Assembly (NCBI RefSeq): GCF_964194025.1
Contig: NC_134470.1
Coordinates: 47,492,001-47,556,000, forward strand
From: Convolutriloba macropyga
Taxonomy: Eukaryota
Direction: 5' to 3'
DNA: 64,000 nucleotides
The position numbers and the translations under genes were made by a program. Of this stretch, positions 36,491-47,609 are shown piece by piece. The notes below the pieces were generated by a model. The model had not been told where the DNA came from, made no database searches, and was given only the letters and a program-made list of their open reading frames with translations. Position 1 is the first letter of the stretch. The number at the start of each line of letters is the position of its first letter.

Positions 36491-36646
36491 CAAAATTGGC
36501 CCCGCAGGAAAATTAAGCCCATATCACAATGAATATGTGCGAAACAGATATGAAATAGTTAAAATGTAGTTCACACACTTTTATGTGTTCTTCACAGCCC
36601 CCGTAGAGCGCTTAATGAGCCGTGTGGATCGATGTTGTCAAGTAGA
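36491..36646 (-). pseudogene. Probable middle exon of the protease homolog, disrupted as assembled
   Basis: Strong acceptor TTTTTTCCTTACAG and donor G|GTGAGT. The 3' end reads HCDMGLIFLRGQF (cf. NDIALLKL) in phase 2. The 156-nt segment has stops in all three frames and cannot join phase 1 to phase 2 without an indel. Confidence 0.5.
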
Positions 36647-37327
36647 CTGTAAGGAAAAAATTGAAAAAGTATCAAAAAAATACTCTAAAAAATTTCTGTC
36701 TAAACTTTTACTTAATAGGGATACAAAGAAGATTATGTAATTCATCTCTGAAAACTGAAGAGAACTGTTGCACTATTACAAGAACGGAGATTTTTAAAGT
36801 TGTATTTATTTTTTAATAAGCGATTTTTACCAAGTTATCGGTTCTAATTCTTGCATATGCTAGTGTCATGGGTCTGTTATGAGATTTCTGTACTCAAGGT
36901 CACCCGGAATATATATACCACCGCATTTCTTGCAAAATTATGTGCTAAAACATTACTGACAAATCGACACGGGAAAAATGTATGTATAGTGCTTTCTGAT
37001 TTTTTTCAACTTTTATGAAATCAATTGTGAATAAATGTGAACCTACTTTTCGTGCAATCGAAAGCTGGAAATCGAAGCAATTTGGAGTTCATAATTCTGT
37101 CCAGTCATTTTATAAGTCACCCTCGCATCTGAAATAATCAGACAAAGTTATTTTAAATTAATCGTTTAATTCGTGTTTTTTCAAGACTGACGCTTGCGTT
37201 TGATGAAATTCAAATGCCCAGAATTTTTTTGCTAAAACCCAACCTATACGCAAATTTTTTTACCCTTACAACTAACTATTTGTTGACAACGGAAGGTGCT
37301 TCGGTCAAGTTAAAATACGAAACGTAC

Positions 37328-37574
37328 TTTTCCACGAAGTCTCGTCGATTGTTTGGTTGCTCTTCTGCTTCAGAAAACAACTCGCTGACGTTACAAATTT
37401 GTTCACGCTGACAAAGGAACCTCCGCAGTGTCTAGTCACGTAATTATCCATCGGAATCTCCATAAAAGCGAAAAACGAAGGAAAGGGGGAGTAAAATTTG
37501 GATTTCTCCTGCATTGCATGTTGGCTATTTCCATTACAGATTGTAAACAGGAGCACAAATATATGGTTAAGCAT
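37328..37574 (-). CDS. First coding exon of the protease homolog (signal peptide plus N-terminal trypsin motifs)
   Basis: MLNHIFVLLFTICNG is signal-peptide-like; then FPSFFAFM (cf. FPWMVSL) and HCGGSFVSVNKFVTSASCF (cf. CGGSLI..WVLTAAHC). Donor A|GTACGT at 37327, phase 1. Confidence 0.7.
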
Positions 37575-38475
37575 GCAGAATATAAAGTTTAGACTACAAT
37601 TAGAGACAAATTTATTGATGGGCTCTGATACAGGTAGACTTATTCGCATATATCACTTTGACGTCATAGCATCAATTCAACAGATAAAGTATTTGATATC
37701 TGTAGATTCACATATTTCATAATTTATACCTGCACTTTTAGGCCAGAGAAAATACTGACATATTAAGAAATTCTCGGCGAAGACGACTTGATTTTAAATC
37801 AACGATTCTGCTCAAATCAATTTAGATCCCTCCCATTTTGATTAGAATCTCTAACAAAACTAAGCAATTGATGAAGCGTAAAAATGAAAAATGACAGCGA
37901 TCAAAATTCATTTTTTGGTAATAGAGTTAGCCAAAAGTTGCCGCCTGAAAACCGGCATTCTCGACTTAAAAACTTATTTCTGACTCAGTGCAATAGTCTT
38001 CACACAGCATTTCAGGCTTCTTTATTATTTCCCTTTTTGTCTCAAAGCCCAAATATACAAAAAATTAGTCACATTAAACAAAAATAGGGGTTTTAAGCAG
38101 TGAAACCAATTAGTTTTTGTATGAGATACGGCTTTTATACATAGTCACTACTGTTTGGTAATAAAGTACAAAAATATTATCCCCTGTTGAGTCTTTATGC
38201 GAACAAGCAGGCTCAGTAATGTGCGTTCGCACATGAAGATCCGACCCCGCTCAACTGCATTTTTCACTTAATTGTTTACTAACTGAGGGAGAGATTGAAA
38301 AATTAAAATATCGTTCAAAAACCACTAAATGAACAAAACAATATACCTGAGAGGGCTGATGAGACCTGTCATTAATGTGACTACGAGAAAAGACAGCGAA
38401 AAAATCAAATAACACAAATATTAGTTAGTTTATATTCGTTGTCCATTCTTTTAAAAACATTAATTACCAAATCGA

Positions 38476-38606
38476 NNNNNNNNNNNNNNNNNNNNNNNNN
38501 NNNNNNNNNNNNNNNNNNNNNNNNNNNNNNNNNNNNNNNNNNNNNNNNNNNNNNNNNNNNNNNNNNNNNNNNNNNNNNNNNNNNNNNNNNNNNNNNNNNN
38601 NNNNNN
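38476..38606. other. Assembly gap (131 N)
   Basis: Run of N characters. Confidence 1.
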
Positions 38607-40739
38607 CATGAGAAAAAAATATTGGACTTCTCCTCAATGTGACTTGATAACAAGTTAACAAAAAAAGAACAAAAGAGCAAAGTTTAAAAAAACGTTGCAT
38701 AATTTTGAAAAAAAATTGTCAAACTAATCAGAAACATTAACTATCAACAGAAATCACTGAGAGATTTATTTATACCTCCATAGAAAGTGAGTGAGACCAT
38801 TCGTTATCCACTTACGACTACAACAAGTAAAAACAGGCAAAAAATCAAAACTTGCACGAAAACGGTGTCCCAGCCAATTAAACATTAATGTTCACTGAGA
38901 ACAATAACATTTGTAATTGCATATTTTTTTTTCAAAATGGAAACAGAACTCCATTATTTTAATGGCGTGAAAAGAAAACAAAAGTCGAAAAAAAAATTCA
39001 AATGTGCAAGAATCACGAATAGTTTATGAAAAGACGTAGTACCAAGAACAAGACCATTTGTAGAAAGCAAAACATTTATGAAGAGCAAATTGTAGCTCAC
39101 TAGAAAGTGGATGTGATTTGATCTCTGCAGAGAAACTAACCGATAAGTTAACAGATATAAGAATGGAAAAGCTAAAAAAATCTATTGTGTTTTTCTAAAA
39201 ACAAATATTTATAAAATGTTGAACAACAGTCTTGAAACCATTGAGTAAATAAGATAATAAAATGCGAGAAAACCAAATCTTAATTTGCCTCTCCATTGAC
39301 CATCGTAAATCTTTTTTGACAAGGACTATCTCAAAATTACAATAAAAAGAACAACAAGCATCGAAACGAAAAGTATCTCAAGCTCTTAACAAATTCCTCA
39401 GAAAAATATTGATTGAGCCCTTAAGACCTAAATCAAAACGTCTAACGAACAGAGAATTTAAAGTTGGGTTCAAAAAAATAACGAGATCTTCCAATAATGA
39501 GGCTAAGTCATAAAATTGTTACGAAACTGTGGAACACGAAAAAGTGACGAAAAACCAGAATAAAAACGGAAAAGTTGAAGAGCATTTCATTTTTGTAGAC
39601 TTTAGTTTTTAAAATCACTAAAACCATCAGCTAGATATCGATATCAGCTGTTGAACTTATTTATATATTAACTGTTAGTCGTTGAGAACTTTTATTACCC
39701 AATATATGGCGTACAACATCAAAAAGTAACAAGGAAAACAGGACAAAGGAGAAACTACCAATTTCTGCAAGAGACCAGTGCTGCAGCCATTAAAAACATA
39801 AGTTATAAAAACAATAAATGTACTGGATTGCGTTCTTTAAGCGTTTTCGGTTTGCATTTTCAGTAACGTTGCAATTAACCACAGAAACAAACAATGGGCA
39901 ATTATGCACAAACAACACAGAATTTTGTATGAAAACTTGTAGTACGGGAAACAAAAAGTCGTTATTTAAAATAACCAACACAACGATTAGATTGTGTCTT
40001 ATATAAAAGAAAGTTAGACCTGTTTTTACTGAGATTAAGCTAAAAGTTGACAGAGAAGATATTAGAAATTGTTAACTTCAAAAAGTCACTGAAATTCTCT
40101 TAAAATAATTATGTTCAGTTTTCATAAGACATGCTTTGTATCAGTTCCTTTACACCTCCTGAAGAAGCTATTTTAATCAGTTGGAATCAGAAATCAGACT
40201 GTAAAAAGAATAAAAAATGAAGGCGAAACACAAGAATTCATTTTAAGTATACTAAAACTCTTCGTCAAAGCAGTAATAACCATTAGGTTTTCTCTGAAAC
40301 AAACTATATCTACTTTCGGCCAAATTTTCACTTAATTTAGAGCTGTCACTATTAGAGCAGCGAATTGAGAATTTTGTCAGTAATTAACATTAAAAAACTA
40401 TGAAGTCAGAACTTTTTGAAAAATAAAGGCAGCGGCCAAATAATAATTTCTGATTGGAAGAATCATAATGAGATCGAACCTATCTTTGATCTTTCCACGC
40501 GTCCAGAACACCACCTAATTGTTCCAAATACTTGCGAATTAGATCACTCGTTATATTAACTATTTCAGAAATAAAAAAAAAACAATGATGCATTTTGAAT
40601 AATTATTGAGTTAAATTTTAATTCTAGAGACCTTTATAGGGCGCCGAAAGTCAACTAGCTCTCTTTCGGTGCTTCAAAAGATTGTTTCGGTGGTTTTGAG
40701 TTGTCTAATTTTGACAAACATACTCAAACAAGGACCGGA

Positions 40740-41170
40740 AAATGAATTTTTGTGCCCTTTTGATAATAAAAGTGCCAATTTTGAAAATTTTGTCAAAAAT
40801 TTTAGCCAAAAAAAGTCTTCAATCGAACAATTCAGCAACGCTCTTCTATCTTGATTAACACTATCATTAGAAATTGTAACATGCTTTTTTTTATATTAGC
40901 AAAAGTGGGCCAAATTTCAGCGAAAATTACAGAAAATTTGAATAAAACTGTCGAATATTCACAAAACTTTAAACTTCGATAACGCCCTGTAAAAAAACAA
41001 AATTCGAAAAGAAAAATCTTTTCAACTTCATATTTTAGGATGTACGTGCTTTTTAATGATACCACTCGTATTTCTGTACGACGAATATTTCGATTGGCCA
41101 AAATTGTCTGAACAAAAAACCCAGTTGAGTATATAGTTCCTCCCTGAAGGGTGGTCGGAACAAAAAAAGT
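40740..41170 (+). mobile_element. Dispersed repeat ending in a hairpin (Helitron/Helentron-like), copy 1
   Basis: Homologous to ~60690-61120 and, inverted, to ~61861-62060: AATGATACC...CAAAATTGTCTGAACAAAAAA.CCAGTTGAGTATATAGTTCCTCCC...GGTCGGAAC. Confidence 0.5.
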
Positions 41171-41394
41171 ACTGAGAAGAACTGTTTTTCTGCTGCCTTT
41201 TCGAAAAAAAACTCTCACGGCTACAAAGTCTTTCGAGATGTATGATATTTTTTGACCGCTTTTAAACGTAGGAATGTTGTAGGAGGATTTTAAAACGTTT
41301 TCTAGTGATTTCTAGAAAAGAATGATTTCTGTAGACAATCAAAAATAAGGATTCAAACTGGTTATTTTCTTGAAGGGTTTTGCCAAATCAAGAG

Positions 41395-41596
41395 AAGATA
41401 AGCGGTGAAATTACATATTTTAGCGGTGAATTGTGGTGAATTTTTGTAAGATCGCCGCTTACTCTAGCGGTGAACTTACATAATTTCACCGCATTCACCG
41501 CATTTCACCGCAAAATTATGTTCGAAATTTGCGGTAAAAAAAATGACTTTTCACCGCTTATCTTACCAAATTTTTCCAATTTTTTCTCGACCCGGG
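41395..41596. mobile_element. Short relative of the 6424-9856 element using the TTCACCGC motif variant
   Basis: The reverse complement of its right end (CCGGGTCGAG...AAGATAAGCGGTGAAAAGTC...ACCGCAAATTT...ATGCGGTGAAT) aligns with the left end at 6424-6530. Confidence 0.6.
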
Positions 41597-41631
41597 AGGG
41601 ATTGTATGTTTTGGCAGGCAGTAATGTCTCA

Positions 41632-41690
41632 CCCAGTTTAAGGTCCCAGAACCAAGCCTACTCTGACCAGACCATTTCGGTCGCAAGGAG
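41632..41690 (+). mobile_element. Solo terminus of a third CCCAG-ended subfamily
   Basis: CCCAGTTTAAGGTCCCAGAACCAAGCCTACTCTGACCAGACCATTTCGGTCGCA is collinear with the ends at 10384 and 55145. Confidence 0.55.
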
Positions 41691-41773
41691 AAGCCCAATC
41701 AACAAAAACCATAACATCGCCCGATAGTGTAGAAATTGGACAAGAATGGGCCACTGTGGCGACATAGCTCCAC

Positions 41774-41923
41774 TGTAAGTGCGCTGAAGATGCGCTGAAA
41801 TTTGAATTTTCAGCGTATTTTTAAAGTTTCTGCGCATTCAGCGCATTTCTTACATAATTTGGGCGCATTCAGTGCATTTCTTAAAAAAATGCGCTGAAAC
41901 GGCTCTGATATCTCGACCTTGGT
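41774..41923. mobile_element. Fragment of the same lineage as 6424-9856 using the TTCAGCGC motif variant
   Basis: The 31-bp unit ACATAATTTGGGCGCATTCAGYGCATTTCTT aligns to the reverse complement of the B unit. It ends CTCGACCTTGGT, similar to the CTCGACCCGGG end at 41596. Confidence 0.55.
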
Positions 41924-42784
41924 GGGAACTCAAGCATATATTTTCATTGTAAAAATTGTGGGATGTAAAAGTCTTTTCAAAACATGGCATCTAAATAAAA
42001 TTTCCTGAAACTTGCAATAAAAATGTTAGAACAAACTGGATAACTCCACAATCCCCCATGTTGCCCCCTCCTTTGTTATCTCTTATTCTTAGTAGACACG
42101 AATAAATACACAAGAATAAAACATAGAGTAGATAAACTTTCCTAGTTCTTTGAATAACTTCTTTTAAGGTCCCCATCGTGGAGTGTTCTTATTTCACTTA
42201 TGAGCAGACAAAATTTTTCAAACATAAGTTTTATAGAAGACAAAACAATACAACGTTGTCAGAGAGACTTCAACACTAAATTTATGAGATGACATGGAGA
42301 ACTCCGGCAAATTATTTGACTAAAGAATCTTATTGTTCCCTAGTCGAGGCTGGAAGGTAATAATGCAAGATCTACAAGATTCTTGTAAAAAAGTTATCTT
42401 CATCAATCTGGCAAGAAAAGACAGCAGTAAAAAACAAGAATTGCTAGAAAAAAGGCTACCGTGCAAGATCTTACAAGAGATAAAGCTATCTTGCAAGAAA
42501 TTTCATCCCGGTCACGCTCTGTTCTTATTGGTTGAATATTTGCGGATATTCTATCAGTTCCTCAATTTGAATGACACGTAAATTGACTTAAATTTACAAA
42601 ACAAAAAACACATAGCCGGCATATTGCCGAAATAGCTACAAAAGACTTGCGTGCCACAAAATACAGATAGAGAAAGATACAGAAATCAGTTGAAATAAGT
42701 TATCACTGCCGCCTAAAAACATACGATTATTTTAAAGGCGTTGTACCAAAATTGATAAAATTTTTGGGTAAAAAAGCTAAAACA

Positions 42785-42853
42785 ATGGAGAGGTTCGAAC
42801 CCCCGTTCTCTCGCCTAAAAAGCGCAAGGAATTTTCACTCCGCTACCAGACTC
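42785..42853 (-). pseudogene. tRNA-derived remnant (tRNA pseudogene or SINE head)
   Basis: Minus strand has an A-box-like TAGCGGAGTGA and a B-box GGTTCGAACC at tRNA-like spacing. The acceptor stem does not pair. Confidence 0.45.
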
Positions 42854-43134
42854 TTGTGGTGCATTATCTTGCAATCAACATTGTTTTAGCAGCCCAAATC
42901 ATTTCTGAATAAGAGTAAAGTACGTCACGCAAAAAGCAAGAAAAGAAATCAAGAGTGAAAAAGCCGCTTAAGAAATAAAGTGAAAACATTTTCAAGAACA
43001 AAAAAGAACGCCAGAAGATGAAACAAAAACAAAGCCGGTGGAATACAGGAAACGACTCAAAGAGTTGTGCAAAAAAAAACGTTTGACTCATCCCTCCTAT
43101 TTGGTAATTATAAAAAAAGAAATATTTTAACAAA

Positions 43135-44920
43135 GCAATCTATAGTTGGAAACAACCAAATTTTTTGAAATTATGGGTACCTTTGGAAGGGATTGGTGCA
43201 GGTAAATGAAGAAAGCAAGTAGGACTTAAAAGCTTAAGTAGGTGTAGAGGTCGGTGGAGTGTATGTTGGAGGGAGCTAAGTCGGTGGGAAAATTACAGTA
43301 GGTATGACGTGTAGGCGCGGAATACATGCGTTCACCGGGGTTTGTGTAGGTAGCGGGATGTATGGAGGTACAGGTACAGGGGTTAAAGTGGGGGTAGAGG
43401 TGATTGTTGGTGGGTGGGTAGGCAGGGGGTTTGATAGTTAGGTGTTTGCTCTATAGCTTGGATAGGTAGGATGAATTCATATGGGACCAGGAGTTTTCAA
43501 CACATTTTACCATTAATATTATCAACATTTCATTGATTGCTATACATGCAGATAAAAGCAACTGTTAATGTCCAATAATCAATAACAGATCTAAATTTTC
43601 AAAAACAGAGATAAGTGTTCGAAAAAAGGTCGAAATTCAAGTCATAAATAAAATTTATCCAATTAAAACATCGTAGCGGGTACAATACTGGAAACGATAC
43701 AATGAGTCATGCAATAACTTACGCTTCCTATTTCTTATTCTTCGAAAAAGAGAAAAACAACAAAAGCAGTATCTTTGGAAACCAAAAATGTTTAATTAGG
43801 ATTGTTGATAAGTGTCTGGAGGTGGGTTAAGAAGTTGGGCGAGGGCTTCATTGGTAGAATTTTGGGGTTAAGGACAATAAACAGAAACATATAAAAGATT
43901 CGTGCAATAAAAATTTTAACTTACTCTTACTATTTCAAAAATATCAAAATAAGCTGTCTATAGTTGCATAAAACCAAATTTTATCTGGGAATTTGTTGGA
44001 TGGGGAATGGCGTAGTTTGGATTAGCAGGGCGGAGTAGGTTGGACTGAAGGAGCCAGGTAGGTGTAGGGGTAGCTGGAGAGTATGTATATAGAGGGGCTA
44101 AGTTGGTGGGGCTTTGTAAAGTAGGTAAGAGGTGTAGACGCGTGGTAGGTGAATAGGTGCCCCAGGGAGAATGTAGGTAGGAAGTAGTTATGAACGGATA
44201 AGTATAGTAGGGTTTTAGGGGCAGTGGATCGATAAGCGGTGGGAAGCGGGCTGGGGGTTTGATAGGTAGGTGGTTGGTCTATGGCTTAGATAGTTATGAG
44301 AAACTCATATGTGATCAAAAATTCTGAAATTTATTTATTCAAGTTGTATATTACCAGCAGCTCTTAATTACTATACATTACAGACTTTCTATTCTTAAAG
44401 TTCAATGTTCGCAAACCGAAGTAAATATCGACAAAGACGCTGGTGTTCCAAGAGAAAAAAGTCAAAATTCAAGTCATGAACAATCTTGCTTCAGCTGCCA
44501 AAAACATTCAATAAAGTACCGGAAACGACACGAAGAGTCATGCAGTAAAAAATTTTAATCTAAACCGACTTTTTCAAATTTATTAACAAAGAAATCGGAA
44601 CAAAGCAATATAAAGATGGAAACCACTAATTTCTATTGAGAAAGTGGATAGATGTTTGAGAAGGGGTACGAGTTGGTGCGGGGGAGGGTTGGGTAGTAAA
44701 TTGGGGGTTTAGGTATGTGTAGTGGTTTTGTGGTGAAGGTATTGAGGGGTTAGGTTGGAGAAGGTGAAGTTTTCACCTTGAATATACCATCATTTCTTTA
44801 TTACCATAGATTAAAAACTATGCTACTGTTCAACTTCAATGTTCGCAATTGGAAGTCATTGTTCATAGGCAGAGGTAATTGTTTCAAATGAACGAAGGCG
44901 AAATTCATGTCATGAAAAAA
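43135..44920. repeat. Old tandem duplication with ~820-bp period and G-rich + strand (two copies plus a partial third)
   Basis: TCTATAGTTG...AACCAAATTTT at ~43139 and ~43957; GCTAAGT.GGTGGG; GGGGGTTTGATAG.TAGGTG; AAATTCA.GTCAT at ~43633, ~44465 and ~44902. Confidence 0.75.
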
Positions 44921-46076
44921 CATTCTTTTTCTAGAAAAAAATCTGTGAACTCAATCCAATACTGTTCTTCGTCTCTAAAACTTGCCTAATACCAATGCTC
45001 ATCTCCAAGTTTTAAAAACTATGAGCTCCACAATACATCTATGCTCGGCTGCAGCTCATTTTTGTGTGTCTAATGTAATTTATGTTTATTATGGCACATT
45101 TTTTCAGGGTCTAGTTTTTAGTTTTCGTATTGTTTTTCATTCAAAATTATTGCAACCTTCTTATGCTGATCGTGTGCAAGCGCTTTTATTTTCATACCAT
45201 AATTTGGAGGAAAAAAATATCCTACAAAATTCTGCCAATTTCTAGCATAATCTTGCAAGACATACGGTTTTCTGAACTAGGAACGACACTAAAAGCCTCC
45301 TCCGGTCTCCAAAAGAAAAAAGAAAGAGGCTGAGATTTTCAAACCAATTGACAGTATTATTTATAAAATTGTAGTCCACTATTATTATTATGTTCTACGA
45401 TACAGAAAATTGAATAGTGAGTAAGCATCCATTCGGTAACTGTAGAGAAGTCAATGAACAGAAAAACCTGAAACTATTTTGTTCATTCTCTCTTAATATG
45501 GTATGAAATGCTCATCTTTATATTTTAGAAATTTATTTCCAATTCAGAGCACTAAGTTTTCAAAAAATGTTCTTGTTTTGACGTGCAAATAAAAACATAC
45601 ACCAATCTTATTTTTTATATTGCATTAAATCTAACAGCAAGTTTTCAAACTATGAAGTTTAGATCCCGGAGACATGATAAGGTCGGGAAGTTTTTATATC
45701 GGAATACTTTAATTATTGACTCCCAATAAAAGAGGTGTGACTTTATCACTAACGTTAAGCTCGAAATATAAATTAATAGAACTATCTACTATTACTTAAA
45801 CTCATGTGTGTATACTTTATTGTAATATTTTTTCGGAATGTTAAGATCGATAGATGAGAAAGATATGTGCCTAAGCGAAACTTCTAGCCCTCAAAATGGA
45901 GCATTCATATCAACGCCACTCCTTTGAAAATCTACAGAAAATCCCTGAAAACAGTCTCATTTTAAGATAAAAATTTACATGTTTAATAAGCAAGATGAAT
46001 TTTAAACGGACGTCACATCAAAATCTGTACAAAATGAAGAAAATATAGTTTCTGTCTCACAAGTATAATATTAATA

Positions 46077-47609
46077 CTACAATCCACTTTCTGTTTTTCC
46101 TTGATCTTTATTCCTGTCATTTTCACAAGATTGATGATCTTGCTTATTAGCATATTTGGTTCCAAAATTGTTTCCATCTTCTAACGAGTTCGGCAACTTC
46201 TGGCCTTTCGATTCGGGCAAAAATAAACTTAAAATGGAAACCGTGAATGCTAAAGTGCAGTAAAAGAGCATTGGTACCGATCGTCCGTACTTTTCGAGAC
46301 TGCCTACAAAAGGCAAAGCCAATCCGGTAATTCGGGCCAATGATGAGGCTACTCCCATTCCCGAAGTTCGAATGACAGTCGGCATCAAATCCGAAGTCCA
46401 TAAGTAACATATTAGGAAGAACAACTCCAAGCTCACTTTAGCAGAAGACGTAATTAGCAGAATAACAGTGGATTCGGAGAGTGGTATAAAAATACAAGCT
46501 ATATAGCAAATGCCAGCGAATACTAGAGTTGAAACCGAGATGTATTTTCGGCCAATGAAGTTTAGCATGAAAAAGCCGAGAACACTGCCGATTACACCCG
46601 CTATGCCTTGAGTCATCACAAATATGTAGACATTTTGATCAAACATTTCAGCACCGAAAGACAAACCGTAATACATGGTATTCGCACATACCCAATGCAT
46701 TGCTAGTATCATGAGACGAAAACTTAATCGATGATATCCAAAGATATCGATTATCGAGTAGGTCTTTTCGACGTTCTCAGTTAGTTTCTCCTCTTTGAGA
46801 TCAATTTCGCGTTTGTTGTTATTCAAATTACTTTCATAGTGACCGTTTTGCGTTGCTTCCCTGACCCCTTTTTGGTCAACTGTTTCACGTGCGCTTGAAA
46901 TTCCGACAACTAGTTTTGCGTCTTTTATATTTCTCCTTAAAAAGGAAAGTTTGCGCAGACCTTTCGGTATTAACTCATCAAACGTTTCCCTCGTTTCTTC
47001 GGGAAGAGCTTGGCCACTTAGTTTGTACGCTTTTTCCAAAAGGATGAAAACTTCTTCATAACGTTTTTGCGACCATAACCAGCGAACGCTCTCATCAATT
47101 TGAAACGACACCAGAAAGCATAGAAACATCATAACCGAAATTGCCATTACTAAATGACGCCAATTTGGAAACGCGTACGCCAACGGCGCGCATAATGGAA
47201 GCGATATTGAGAATATTACGCTGACAATAGCTGCAATAATATGTCTATAGTTGGCTGGGACTTGTTCTGCGCTCAAAGCGAATAGACCGACCATTGAGCT
47301 CATAAGAATGGCACTAATAGTACACCAGGTAACTAAATGCACAGTTAATGATGTTGTCAGTGCCATTATCATCTCGCAACTTGACGCGAGTAGAGTCGCA
47401 ATTCTGAACCACTTAGCTCTGCCAATCCTGTCGCTCAAGTAGCCGCCGATCACTGAGCCGAAACACAGTCCAAGGAAATACAAGCTTCCATGCAGCTTTA
47501 GGAATATTTCGTCATCGCAGACCAGATTGAATGATTCCTGCATTGATGTCTCCCGATCATGTTCGGAGTAGTCGAAAGTCCATTTTTGGCAACCAGCATT
47601 GCAGGCTTC
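46077..47609 (-). CDS. SLC22-family (organic cation/anion transporter-like, MFS) gene, large terminal coding exon
   Basis: Acceptor TTTTTAG|GAA (phase 0) extends the 488-aa ORF by EACNAGCQKWTFD. Motifs FNLVC, GYLSDRIGR, DESVRWL, YYGLS, NFIGRK, DLMPTVIRTSGMG and LPESKG; multiple hydrophobic helices. Confidence 0.93.
   Translation of the reverse strand, partial: EACNAGCQKWTFDYSEHDRETSMQESFNLVCDDEIFLKLHGSLYFLGLCFGSVIGGYLSDRIGRAKWFRIATLLASSCEMIMALTTSLTVHLVTWCTISAILMSSMVGLFALSAEQVPANYRHIIAAIVSVIFSISLPLCAPLAYAFPNWRHLVMAISVMMFLCFLVSFQIDESVRWLWSQKRYEEVFILLEKAYKLSGQALPEETRETFDELIPKGLRKLSFLRRNIKDAKLVVGISSARETVDQKGVREATQNGHYESNLNNNKREIDLKEEKLTENVEKTYSIIDIFGYHRLSFRLMILAMHWVCANTMYYGLSFGAEMFDQNVYIFVMTQGIAGVIGSVLGFFMLNFIGRKYISVSTLVFAGICYIACIFIPLSESTVILLITSSAKVSLELFFLICYLWTSDLMPTVIRTSGMGVASSLARITGLALPFVGSLEKYGRSVPMLFYCTLAFTVSILSLFLPESKGQKLPNSLEDGNNFGTKYANKQDHQSCENDRNKDQGKTESGL

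Noticed and set aside
38405-38700. ORFs spanning the N run
   Set aside because: Artefacts of the assembly gap.
38607-39950. Possible very old plus-strand LINE remnant
   Set aside because: The region is A-rich with only vague motif echoes; no diagnostic RT or endonuclease motif could be read with confidence.
42785-42853. Functional tRNA gene
   Set aside because: A- and B-box-like motifs are present, but there is no paired acceptor stem or clear anticodon arm; kept only as a remnant.
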